Below, piece by piece: positions 36,054 through 47,060 of a stretch of 64,000 nucleotides of DNA. The first letter of the stretch is position 1. Each line of letters starts with the position of its first letter. A program made the position numbers and the translations under genes. This stretch comes from Macrostomum lignano (Eukaryota). The notes beneath the pieces were generated by a model that saw nothing but the letters and a program-made list of their open reading frames with translations, searched no databases and was not told the DNA's origin. The stretch covers positions 62,001-126,000 of the forward strand of contig NIVC01001062.1 in assembly GCA_002269645.1 (NCBI GenBank). The letters run 5' to 3'.

Positions 36054-36593
36054 ATGTCCAGCGGAGCGGATTTCGCTTGGCCAGCCGTATTTGAATTCCC
36101 GCCATTTTTCACGCTGCAACCAAACGCTGAGACGCGACGCAAACAGCTGGACCAATGGTGCAGCCTCATTCTGGCGTATTGCAAGCACAGACAGCTGCAC
36201 ACTTTGGACATTAACGAAGCCCTGGCCTCCAGTCCGCTGTTTCACAATAAACGAATCAATCGGCGAATCAATCGCCCATTTCTCGATGCTATTCTGGCCG
36301 ATTTGAAATTGCGCGGCAATTTAGAATGGCTCGATCGAGATAAGAAAAGCTGTAAAATAGTCTGGCGAACGACTGAACAGTGGGCCGCGTTGGTTTATAG
36401 TTACGCTAAAGATCGAGGCCTTGTGAACACCGTTTGTACTCTGTACGAGCTCACTGATGGAGATGACAGTGCCGATCAACCGTTTCACGGATTGGATAAG
36501 GACGTTTTGCTATTGGCATTGAAGCATCTTGAAAAGAATGGCCAAGCCGCCATTCTGATGTTTGACAGTCACGAGGGTGTTAAGTTTCTGTGA
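36054..36593 (+). CDS. VPS25: ESCRT-II subunit VPS25, intronless
   Basis: 179 aa with FPPFFTLQPN, KQLDQWCSLIL, PLFHN, GNLEW, IVWRT..W, VCTLYELTDG, FHGLD and C-terminal GVKFL. Confidence 0.98.
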   Translation: MSSGADFAWPAVFEFPPFFTLQPNAETRRKQLDQWCSLILAYCKHRQLHTLDINEALASSPLFHNKRINRRINRPFLDAILADLKLRGNLEWLDRDKKSCKIVWRTTEQWAALVYSYAKDRGLVNTVCTLYELTDGDDSADQPFHGLDKDVLLLALKHLEKNGQAAILMFDSHEGVKFL

Positions 36594-36654
36594 CAGAGTT
36601 ATTTTGTCGTCTCTTTAAATTTGTTATCATTGATTAGCTCTATCTAAGAATTAT

Positions 36655-37290
36655 TGAGGAGGTAGAGGCTGAATATCCCATCTGAGGGCCTGAAGTGGAG
36701 GGTGAATATCCCAATCTGAGGGCCTGAAGCAGAGGCTGAATATCCCAATCTGAGGGCCTGAAGTAGAGGCTGAATATTCTGATCTGAGGGCCTGAAGTAG
36801 AGGCTGAATATCCCAATATGAGGCCCTAAAGTAGTGGCTGAATATCCCAATCTGAGGCCCTGAAGCGAGGGTGAATATTCCCGAATCTGAGGGCCTGAAG
36901 TAGAGCCTGAATATCCTAATCTGAGGGTCTGAGGTAAAGGGTGAATATTCCGATCTGAGGGCCTGAAGTAGAGGCTGAATCTCCCAATCTGAGGCCCTGA
37001 AGTAGAGGCTGAATATCCCAATCTGAGGGCCTGAAGTAGAGCCTGAATATCCCAATCTGAGGGCCTGAAGTAGAGGCTGAATATCCCAATCTGAGGGCCT
37101 GAAGCAGAGGCTGAATATCCCAATCTGAGGGCCTGAACCAGAGGCTGAATATCCCAATCTGAGGGCCTGAACCAGAGGCTGAATCTCCCAATCTGAGGGC
37201 CTGAAGTAGAGCCTGAATATCCCAATCTGAGGCCCTGAAGCAGAGGGTGAATATTCTCCAATCTGAGGGCCTGAAGTAGAGCCTGAATAA
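36655..37290. repeat. 34-bp minisatellite just downstream of VPS25
   Basis: Unit GAGGCTGAATATCCCAATCTGAGGGCCTGAAGTA. Confidence 0.95.
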
Positions 37291-37899
37291 TTCCCAATCT
37301 AACGGCGCATCTGGGCTACATGTAAAATAAGATGTTCAATTATTCTCGCGGTTTAGAATTCAGTGCAAACAAAAGCACGGAAGCTGGGTGCAGTTAATTT
37401 TCCTGCGGATCTTATTTGTCTAGATCCCAATTCATTATTTACTCGCTTCAAGTTTGCTTTTGGCAAATAAAGTGTTTTCTATCTGAGACAGTCTTTGCAC
37501 TTTTATAGTGTACCAACGAGGAGACAGGTTTAAAAGCTTCAATATGCAAGATTTCCGAACTAACATCGTCCTACAAGTGACCAGTTGTTAAATGCCCAAA
37601 AAATGTAGTGTTGTTCAGTCTATCTAAATTTCTAATATTCGTACCTGTATAGACATAGTTTTATAATACAAACAATAAACTCGTTATTAAAGCGCATAGA
37701 CTTTTGCGCATATTGCATGATCTATAAATTGTATTTGTGTCTGTCTGTCTTGCTAATTACACAATTTGAAAAGAACACCCAAAATTACAGGCATCAAATT
37801 TACACCAATATCAGATAAAGCAAAATCTTTTTTAATTAATGAGCATTTGAGCTGCGGCTTCTGTCCAATTTCTTCTGATGTACATTCACTCGCAATCAA

Positions 37900-38490
37900 A
37901 CCCTTCCCCGCGATGTACACACTAAGCAGTTAAAAATTAACCCCTGCCCTGATGTACACACAGCATTTAAAAATCAACTCCTGTCCCCAATGCACACTAT
38001 ATACAGTTAAAAATCAACATCTGACCCAACATACACTCTATGCAGTTAAAAGTCAACCCTGCCCCGTTGTACACTCTATGCAGTTAAAAGTCAACCCTGC
38101 CCCTTTGTACACTCTATGCAGTTAAAAGTCAACCCTGCCCCGTTGTACACTCTATGCAGTTAAAAGTCAACCCTGCCCCGTTGTACACTCTATGCAGTTA
38201 AAAGTCAACCCTTGCCCCGTTGTACACTCTATGCAGTTAAAAGTCAACCCTTGCCCCGTTGTACACTCTATGCGGTTAAAAGTAAAACCCTGCCCCGTTG
38301 TACACTCTATGCAGTTAAAAGTCAACTCCTGCCCCGTTGTTCACTCTATGCAGTTAAAAATCAGTTAATATTCAGTTAATCAGTTAATCAGTTAATAACT
38401 GCAATTTAATTTGCAGTTTAAAAAACCCCTGCCTCGATGTACATTTACACTCTTTGCAGTTAAAAAGCAACCCCTGCCCCAAATGTACAC
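37900..38490. repeat. ~38-bp minisatellite
   Basis: Unit TGTACACTCTATGCAGTTAAAAGTCAACCCTGCCCCGT, homogeneous in the centre and degenerate at the edges. Confidence 0.92.
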
Positions 38491-38924
38491 TATGCCACTA
38501 TCACTAAAAGTACATTTCTATCTTCGAGTTTGTGTAGCCAAGCTTCAACTCCTATTATTGCCTTTTGCTCTACCGTAGATTGCAGTTTTTTAAAGCTGTG
38601 TTCCTCCTTATATTGCCCAAAATAATATTTGACTTTTCACTTCTCAACGAGCGGAGAGATGAAGAGGTTGTTTAAGAGCGCACTTGTCCTCAGATCAGTT
38701 GCTATGCCTGTACAGCTCCACATTTGGTTATTCTGTTTTAAATTGTTATCAGTTCGTGTTCGTAGGGCAGCCCTTGTCGAACTCGTTAACCTCAGCAGGA
38801 TTGTCAGATTATTACAAATAAAATTTACTGGCTAGATTGAACTCATTCTTAGCTGGCGAATTTTATTGCATCATCATTGCTCTTTTTTATTCGATTCCAA
38901 CCTGTCTCTTATTGAATTCTGATT

Positions 38925-39360
38925 CCTTACGTCTCTACCTGTAATCCCACATTTCTTCCTGTAGTTCCATGTCTCTACCTGTAATCCCAACCTTTCTACC
39001 TGTAATCCCAATCTCTCTACCTGTAATCCCAATCTCTCTACCTGTAATCCTAATCTCTCTACCTGTAACACAAATCTCTCTACCTTTAATCTCAATCGCT
39101 TCCTGTAATCTCAATGCTATCTTTAATTCCAATCTCTACCCGTGATCTCAATCTCTCTACGTGTAATCCCAATCTCTACCTGTAATCCCAATCTCTCTAC
39201 CTGTAATACAAATCTCTTTACCTGCAATCTCAATCCTACCTGTAATCCCAATCTCTCTGCCTGTTATCCTAATCTCTCTACACCTGTAAACCCTATCTCT
39301 CTACCTTTAATCTTCTGTCTCTTTAGCTGTTACCTGTAATCCAATATTTGTACCCGTAAT
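38925..39360. repeat. Degenerate 21-bp minisatellite
   Basis: Unit CTACCTGTAATCCCAATCTCT. Confidence 0.88.
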
Positions 39361-39397
39361 TCCGTGTCTTTATATGTAGATCAGCAAAAAATTTCAG

Positions 39398-41658
39398 GCC
39401 AACGTAGAAGACCCAGGTCCCGTGTTTCACCTCAACCAGGAGCGAATCGAGGACCTGTCGCAGTTGCTAGCGCAGCTCTTAGAGTCCGACAAATTGGCTG
39501 GCAATGCCAAGCTCTACTTGAAAGGCTGCTGCATGGAGACTCTGGTGGGAGCTTTTTTTATTGTGCATGTATTAGAGAGCTTGAAAGTAGCTGAGTGAGG
39601 GGCAGGGAGTAGCTGAGTGAGGGGCAGGGAGTAGCTGAGTGAGGGGCAGGGAGTAGCTGAGTGAGGGGCAGGGAGTAGCTGAGTGAGGGGCAGGGAGTAG
39701 CTGAGTGAGGGGCAGGGAGTAGCTGAGTGAGGGGCAGGGAGTAGCTGAGTGAGGGGCAGGGAGTAGCTGAGTGAGGGGCAGGGAGTAGCTGAGTGAGGGG
39801 CAGGGAGTAGCTGAGTGAGGGGCAGGGAGTAGCTGAGTGAGGGGCAGGGAGTAGCTGAGTGAGGGGCAGGGAGTAGCTGAGTGAGGGGCAGGGAGTAGCT
39901 GAGTGAGGGGCAGGGAGTAGCTGAGTGAGGGGCAGGGAGTAGCTGAGTGAGGGGCAGGGAGTAGCTGAGTGAGGGGCAGGGAGTAGCTGAGTGAGGGGCA
40001 GGGAGTAGCTGAGTGAGGGGCAGGGAATAGCTGAGTGAGGGGCAGGGAGTAGCTGAGTGAGGGGCAGGGAGTAGCTGAGTGAGGGGCAGGGAGTAGCTGA
40101 GTGAGGGGCAGGGAGTAGCTGAGTGAGGGGCAGGGAGTAGCTGAGAGACTTAACGGGCTAATTGGCTAAAATCCAATCTGAATTTCAGGGCGATCTAACA
40201 CCTGCCCAGCATCCGCACTGCATCAGCCTATTGCACATGCCAAACAATTTGGTAGTTAATCTGCCAGAATCCACTTTTCTACTTTGCAATTTGACCGAGT
40301 TGAATTTATGCGGCAATCGATTGGTTGAGTTTCCAACTGTGCTGTTTAGACTGGCATTGCTGTCGAAACTGAATTTGGGTCACAATGCCATTTGCAGTCT
40401 GCCGCATATACCTGCAAATGCTTGGCCGGAACTGGAAGTTCTAATGCTGTATTCTAATGGGATCAGCCAGCTGCCTTCGAGCATTTGTTACCTGAAATCT
40501 TTGGTTTATTTAAGCTTGGACGCTAATCCCATTGAGAGTTTGCCAAGACAGATATGCTATCTGCATCGGCTGAAGTCTTTGTATATATCGTCTTTGGAAC
40601 TGCTCTATCTGCCTCAGTGTGAGCCTCTGATTTTACCTGTCTGCAGTGACAATTGCCCTGTCTGCAGTGACGATTACCCTGTCTGCAGTGACAATTGCCC
40701 TGTCTGCAGTGACAATTACCCTGTCTGCAGTGACAATTGCCCTGTCTGCAGTGACAATTGCCCTGTCTGCAGTGACAATTGCCCTGTCTGCAGTGACAAT
40801 TGCCCTGTCTGCAGTGACAATTGCCCTGTCTGCAGTGACAATTACCACAATACGCTTACACTGCAACAAAGAAGTTGCAAGCAAACAAGCAAAGACATTT
40901 TGAAAACTTTCGGTAGGCTTTTTAAGACGATTCTGTCACATTACAGTCGCATTGCTTAATCTACTACTTTTTAAAGTAATAAAAATAGATATTTTTGTCC
41001 CTAACTAATTGAATTTTTGTCAAACCAACTAACAGGCCTTGGCTCCATGCACAGCCTGCAGAACCTGTTCGCAGACAGCAACTCCCGTCTGGCTTACATC
41101 CCTGGCAGCCTGCTGCAACGCTGGGACCGTTTGCCGCCTTTCCAATCGTACATGTACCGTTGCGGTAAGCTGGGACCCCCTGCGCAAGCACTGGCCACCC
41201 ACTGCAGTCTGAGTGTCGTTAATCCGCTATCAGACGTTGCTTCCTGTTTGATTTTACCTGGGGAAATTTCTACAATAGGAGACTGTTATGCTAACTGTGT
41301 GCCAAGTCTCGAGGAGCTGGCGCTGCGAACTATACACAGGTGCTTTGTTGTATCTAGTTCCGGACAGTCGCCAGATCCTACTGCTGCCGTGTTTCAACAG
41401 CGTCTGCCTCGCCGATTGCAAGAACTGGCTGGCTGTCCAACTGCTCTGTGCATTGTCTGCCATTCGGCCGTGTTCGCGTTCGCTTTTCCCGTGGTCTGCT
41501 ATTCGGAATTGGACAGGATGGCCACTTTTGAGCTGTCGTTGGCTTGCAGCAGGGCGTGTCATGCCCAGCTGTTGTCCAACCCTTGCGCTAGCGGATACGA
41601 TGCGGCTAAGAATGAGGATGTGTCTGTCTGGTTGCCAGTGCTTGTGCCGCCGCTGTGA
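39398..41658 (+). CDS. LRRC28: Leucine-rich repeat protein LRRC28 (start exon not firmly located)
   Basis: Exons 39398-39544, 40189-40618 and 41036-41658 are GT-AG and phase-compatible (1200 nt). Tandem LRRs are followed by LGSMHSLQNLFADSN.RL, SLEELALR, LPRRLQEL..CP...C..C...F...FP and CSRAC, which match the LRRC28 C-terminus. Confidence 0.85.
39590..40144 (+). repeat. 22-bp G-rich minisatellite in an LRRC28 intron
   Basis: ~25 near-identical copies of AGCTGAGTGAGGGGCAGGGAGT. Confidence 0.98.
40637..40845. repeat. 21-bp minisatellite in an LRRC28 intron
   Basis: Unit CCTGTCTGCAGTGACAATTGC. It gives the false PVCSDNC extension of the ORF. Confidence 0.96.
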
Positions 41659-41721
41659 GTACTTTGTAGTTAAGTCAAGATGAGCAGACACTGAGCTGGG
41701 ATGACGCGGTGAGGGAGATAA

Positions 41722-42054
41722 CAGGGGCGTAGCCAGAGGGGGGGCAAGGGGGGCCGTGGCCCCCCCCCCCCAATCACCAACTCTGGCCTTGGCGCCCCCC
41801 CCCTAAAAGAAACTGGCGCCCCCCCCCCTAAAAGAAACTGGCGCCCCCCCCCCCCCTAAAAGAAACTGGCGCCCCCCCTAAAAGAAACTGGCGCCCCCCT
41901 AAAAGAAACTGGCGCCCCCCCTAAAAGAAACTGGCGCCCCCCTAAAAGAAACTGGCGCCCCCCCTAAAAGAAACTGGCGCCCCCCCCTATAAGAAGCTGG
42001 CGCCCCCCTAACTCACGGCCCCCCCCCCAATCAAAATTCCTGGCTACGCCCCTG
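41722..42054. mobile_element. hAT-type MITE with an internal minisatellite
   Basis: Perfect 15-bp TIR CAGGGGCGTAGCCAG. Perfect 8-bp TSD GGAGATAA at 41714-21 and 42055-62. Internal tandem GGCGC(C)nTAAAAGAAACT. Confidence 0.95.
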
Positions 42055-42074
42055 GGAGATAAGATGGAGATTAG

Positions 42075-42430
42075 AGAATGATATAGAAGAGAAGAGGAGT
42101 AGATGAACCGTGGGGGAGAGCGGATGAAAAAGGGATGGAATGGGAGTAGAGAGAGGAAGGAATGGAAGTAGAGAGAGAGGAAGGAATGGAAGTAGAGAGA
42201 GAGGATGGAATGGGAGTAGAGAGAGAGGATGGAATGGGAGTAGAGAGAGAGGGTGGAATGGGAGTAGAGAGGAAGGAAGAGAAGTAGAGAGGGAGGGTGG
42301 AAGGGGAGTAGAGAGAGGATAGAAGAGGAGTAGAGAGAGAATTGAAGGAAAGTAGCGATATGGGATAAAAGGGGAGTAGAGAGAGGATGGAAGGGGAGTA
42401 GAAAGAGGATCGAAAGGGGAGTAAGCGAGG
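42075..42430 (+). repeat. GA-rich low-complexity tract
   Basis: Repeated GGAATGG(G/A)AGTAGAGAGAGA-like units. Confidence 0.85.
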
Positions 42431-42974
42431 GGAGCTAAAAATGAGATAAAAAGGAAATCTGATGGGATGAAAAGTAAGGAAAAAATAAGAATACCTAAAT
42501 TCTCCAGTAAATACCCTATGTACCAATTGCATGTATAAACTTGAACCTAAAATTTCTTTGCTACGTTAACAGACATTTGATTATGATTTTTGACCATATA
42601 TACCCTTTTTTGTAACCATTAAAAATCTTTCGACGGATTCTTCCTTATATTAAATTACGCAGTGCCATTGTGTACATTTTGGCTAGTCAAACAGATTTTT
42701 TTAGTATATGATCGATTATTTTATCTGTAAGTATTATTATTATTAGTGTGTTTGAATTTCAACGCGATTTTCCTTATTTTAGCACAGTCAGACTCTTTGA
42801 TTAAGAAAAGTAAGTATTGACAAAATATACTGGTTAATGAAATTTGCACTTACATATCTAGTTTTTTACCCTACAGATGAACATTATTTAGTTTTAAAAA
42901 ATCCTTTGTCTTCTTTGTTTTATGCTATGAATTTAAATAACATAAATTAGGACGGAGAAAAGGAGGCAGGAACG

Positions 42975-44098
42975 GGACAAAGGCGCAGGAGAGAGGGGCA
43001 CGCGGGGAGAGAAAGTGCGCACATAGATGCACTCAGACTAACTGGGTTGGGGCAGAGAGGCGCAGGAGAGAGGGGCACGCAGGGAGAGAAAGTGCGCACA
43101 TAGATGCACTCAGCCTAACTGGGTTGGGGCAGAGAGGCGCAGGAGAGAGGGGCACGCAGGCAAGTGCGCACATAGATGCACTCAGCCTAACTGGGTTGGG
43201 GCAGAGAGGCGCAGGAGAGAGGGGCACGCAGGGAGAGAAAGTGCGCACATAGATGCACACAGACTAACTGGGTCGGGGCAGAGAGGCGCAGGAGAGAGGG
43301 GCACGCAGGGAGAGAAAGTGCGCACATAGATGCACTCAGCCTAACTGGGTTGGGGCAGAGAGGTGCAGGAGAGAGGGGCACGCAGGGAGAGAAAGTGCGC
43401 ACATAGATGCACTCAGCCTAACTGGGTTGGGGCAGAGAGGCGCAGGAGAGAGGGGCACGCAGGGAGAGAAAGTGCGCACATAGATGCACTCAGCCTAACT
43501 GGGTTGGGGCAGAGAGGTGCAGGAGAGAGGGGCACGCAGGGAGAGAAAGTGCGCACATAGATGCACTCAGCCTAACTGGGTTGGGGCAGAGAGGCGCAGG
43601 AGAGAGGGGCACGCAGGGAGAGAAAGTGCGCACATAGATGCACACAGACTAACTGGGTTGGGGCAGAGAGGCGCAGGAGAGAGGGGCACGCAGGGAGAGA
43701 AAGTGCGTACATAGATGCACTCAGCCTAACTGGGTTGGGGCAGAGAGGCGCAGGAGAGAGGGGCACGCAGGGAGAGAAAGTGCGCACATAGATGCACTCA
43801 GCCTAACTGGGTTGGGGCAGAGAGGTGCAGGAGAGAGGGGCACGCAGGGAGAGAAAGTGCGCACATAGATGCACTCAGCCTAACTGGGTTGGGGCAGAGA
43901 GGCGCAGGAGAGAGGGGCACGCAGGGAGAGAAAGTGCGCACATAGATGCACACAGACTAACTGGGTTGGGGCAGAGAGGCGCAGGAGAGAGGGGCACGCA
44001 GGGAGAGAAAGTGCGTACATAGATGCACTCAGACTAACTGGGTTGGGGCAGAGAGGTGCAGGAGAGAGGGGCACGCAGGGAGAGAAAGTGCGCACATA
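42975..44098. repeat. 77-bp tandem satellite (~14 copies)
   Basis: Unit ATAGATGCACTCAGCCTAACTGGGTTGGGGCAGAGAGGCGCAGGAGAGAGGGGCACGCAGGGAGAGAAAGTGCGCAC. Near-identical ORFs recur at a 154-bp offset. Confidence 0.97.
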
Positions 44099-45670
44099 TA
44101 AAAGTACAAACAGACGAATTAAGACTGGGGCTGAGAGTTGGGGGGAGGATGGGCTTAGATGAGAAAGAAAACTACAAAATAACACAATAATTCGAGCACT
44201 CTCTTATTAAAAAGTAATAAATTGGGTATTGGCTCTATCTTTGACCCGGCTGCCATAACGTGCTCTATATTTGAGCTTGATGAAGATATCAATCAACACG
44301 CCATCGAGCTGTTTACCTACTGAAATTGGTGGCTGACCAAGCTAGTCGATACTTGGTATGAGAAAAAGCTTGACAATTTGCTGCAGCTTTGAGGCTTGTG
44401 GAACAGCTCTCTGCAGACAATGACCGGGCGTTTGCTTGGCTCATTGGCAGTCTCGGGAGTTGGAGTTATCCATTGTGCCATCTATTGACTTAAGAATTGT
44501 TAAGATATATCGGCGGCAGCTCATTGGTTTCCCTGCGCTGTTATAATCGGAGGTGCAAAGGTGCAAGGTGCTTCCATGTCGTGTGAACCACCGCAGTCAG
44601 TCTGATCCAGTAACACATTGCTGCTGAGTTTCAAACAAGCCAACTGTCTCCCAGGTGTTGATTAATTACTGCTTAAGCTGGCTACTTAACCTGGTCTCTT
44701 AAATTTGAGCAGGGGGATGCTGCTAAAAATTTGTACGTAAATTTCTCTAGAAGCCCCTTGAACTCTCCAAGAACCTCGAATGTTAGACCTTCGACCGCTG
44801 CACTCTCTTTAGACCCTCCGGGTGTTAGACTGTCATTGCTCCAATCATGTATGCTGTATCCTCGGGTATTATACCAGACATGTCCCATATTCTTTGGTGT
44901 TACACCGTCATCCTCCCATATTCTCTCAGGTGTTGCATCCAATTTACCATGCATATCATCGGATTGTTAAGACCATCACCCTCCCAGATCCTCAGGGTGT
45001 TAGACATCCAATTTACCATATCCTCGGATGTTAAGACCTTAAGGATGTTAAGAAAATGCTGTTGAGAGTCTACATGGTAAATTGAACTTGAAGTTTCTCA
45101 GAGCTGTAGCACATGTAAATAAATGTAAAATGAATCTGTGAATTATTTCAGAAAAGCAGGGGTCGGCAAACTTCGGTCCGCGAAGCCTATCGTTCTCTAT
45201 CCGGCCCTCGGGGTCGTTTGGAACTTCACAATGGCAACCTTCTCTCTCCTCTTCTCTCTCCTCTTTCCTCTCTCACTTGGCCCATAAATCACTGCTTTCC
45301 ATTTTTCAGTAAAGATCGTACAGTAGTATACTTGGCGCAAGTGTCTCTGTCTAGCTGTCATTCATCTTTCTGATCATGCCCGCGGCACCTCACTGAAGCA
45401 TAAGTGTAACTACTAATTGGTTAATAAAATTAGCAGTCTTTTGTTAGCCACAATACTTTATGGCTAATTACATTACCGATGCGATTCTGCCACTTAATTA
45501 GACGTATGTTTCTCAAAGTCTCTTTCCAGCATCCGTGGTTGCTATTGGCAACCGAGTGATATGCTTTCCGTCTGAATTAGCGATCAATGCTAAGCTATAA
45601 ATTCTCTAGCAACGATCTGGAACGCGAACGCGACGCGAACTCTGAAAAATAAATTTAAGTTCGCCTAATC

Positions 45671-46714
45671 ATGGCTACTACTCATTCGTCTGCGTTGGTT
45701 GCTGTTTGTCTTCTACTGGCCTTCGCTTTAAATTCCAAATTGGTCTGGGCAGCTCTGGATGCCAGTGCACCTGCCACCTCAGCTACCTATTTGATAATTA
45801 ATCGGTGCCCAATAGCTGGTCAGTTCTCCAGCCCGTCATATCCGATCTTAAGCGCTTCGGAATGCGCCCTGGCCTGCTTAACCAGCAGCACCTGTTTGGT
45901 GTTCAACACGGACTCGGGTTTGTCGCCGTGCGCGATGGCCACTCTGGGCCAGGTGATTGGTTTCTGGCCGGAGTCTGGCAACTGCAAGAGTCGCTTCAGG
46001 TCTGAGATGTACTCGTCTAAAATTACCGGCTTCTGGGACTTTCGGCTGACACCGGATATTTTGCTGTCCGTCGAGGGCCACACTGGTAAGTTTAATGTCT
46101 CTGGGAACAGTAGCTTCAACTCCAAGGAGGGCCTGGTGCTACCTGGCGGAGACAAAGACTTTGCCTACCTGTCAAGCATTGTTGGCACTCCGTTTGCCGC
46201 TGGATTGAATTTTTCTCTAGACGATTCGTCGTTGTTTATGCGAGTACGTCGCTATGGTAACGGTCTGTCCGCGGCAGCAGGCTCTGGCTATTTTAGTTTG
46301 CACAGCTGTTCCAATCAGCGCAAGACTGTGGTGTCCGTGTTTGAAACTGATGAAACTCGACTGAGTGTGAAACTGGCGTCCCGTCCGTCGGCAGTTGCAG
46401 CCTCGACGCTGACGTTGCACGCTGACCAAGCGGCTGCTGGCTCCGAGGATACCGACTACGTCACTCTGGGATTTCAATTAGACTCCACTAACTCCAGTTT
46501 CACCCTGTGGCGCGGCGGGGGTCCTCGGTCTACCCTGACCCAGTGGAGCTCATTGTTGGTGCTGTATCAACCAATTGAACCGCTGTGCGTCTCGCTTGGG
46601 GTAGTGTCCCACCTTACAAGCACGTTCCGGCTTAACGGCAGCATCCGGTGTCTGCTGTTTGCTAAAGCCGCTATCGATATCCGGATTGTTAATGCCGCGT
46701 TTACTGGCTGCTAA
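45671..46714 (+). CDS. Secreted protein: signal peptide + PAN/apple-like module + LamG/ConA-like domain, intronless
   Basis: 347-aa ORF with a hydrophobic leader, C..SASECALAC..SSTCLVF....C, and a beta-rich C-terminal ~230 aa (FWDF, NFSLDDSSLFMRV, YVTLGFQLD, LNGSIRCLLF). The domain call comes from pattern only. Confidence 0.8.
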   Translation: MATTHSSALVAVCLLLAFALNSKLVWAALDASAPATSATYLIINRCPIAGQFSSPSYPILSASECALACLTSSTCLVFNTDSGLSPCAMATLGQVIGFWPESGNCKSRFRSEMYSSKITGFWDFRLTPDILLSVEGHTGKFNVSGNSSFNSKEGLVLPGGDKDFAYLSSIVGTPFAAGLNFSLDDSSLFMRVRRYGNGLSAAAGSGYFSLHSCSNQRKTVVSVFETDETRLSVKLASRPSAVAASTLTLHADQAAAGSEDTDYVTLGFQLDSTNSSFTLWRGGGPRSTLTQWSSLLVLYQPIEPLCVSLGVVSHLTSTFRLNGSIRCLLFAKAAIDIRIVNAAFTGC

Positions 46715-47060
46715 AAGAGCTACATGTACACCAGCACTGGCGCAGAAGGTCTTGATCAAAATGTTTCAAAGTGCAAGTTACGCCCGTTTGAATTCAAAAC
46801 ATATCCGATTGAAGTTTGAACCAGTTATTTACTACTGAACAGTACGGACTACGGATATTTAACAGCGTCTTTTTCATTAAAACATTACGAGTAACTTAAA
46901 AAAATTGTTTCCTAAACTTCTCAACTATATTGTCGCTTAATATCGTGCAAGCATGCTTTTAAAAGGTAAAAACATATTCAAAATTTATTGTTGCAATTTT
47001 TTTCAATAATTTTATTTCCTAACTTAAGCTTTAGCTTTTAGGACGTACTTAGGACTATAG

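Noticed and set aside
45157-45230. CAGGGGTCGGCAAACTTCGG hAT-like terminus
   Set aside because: A single short end with no partner TIR or TSD. Too little to call.
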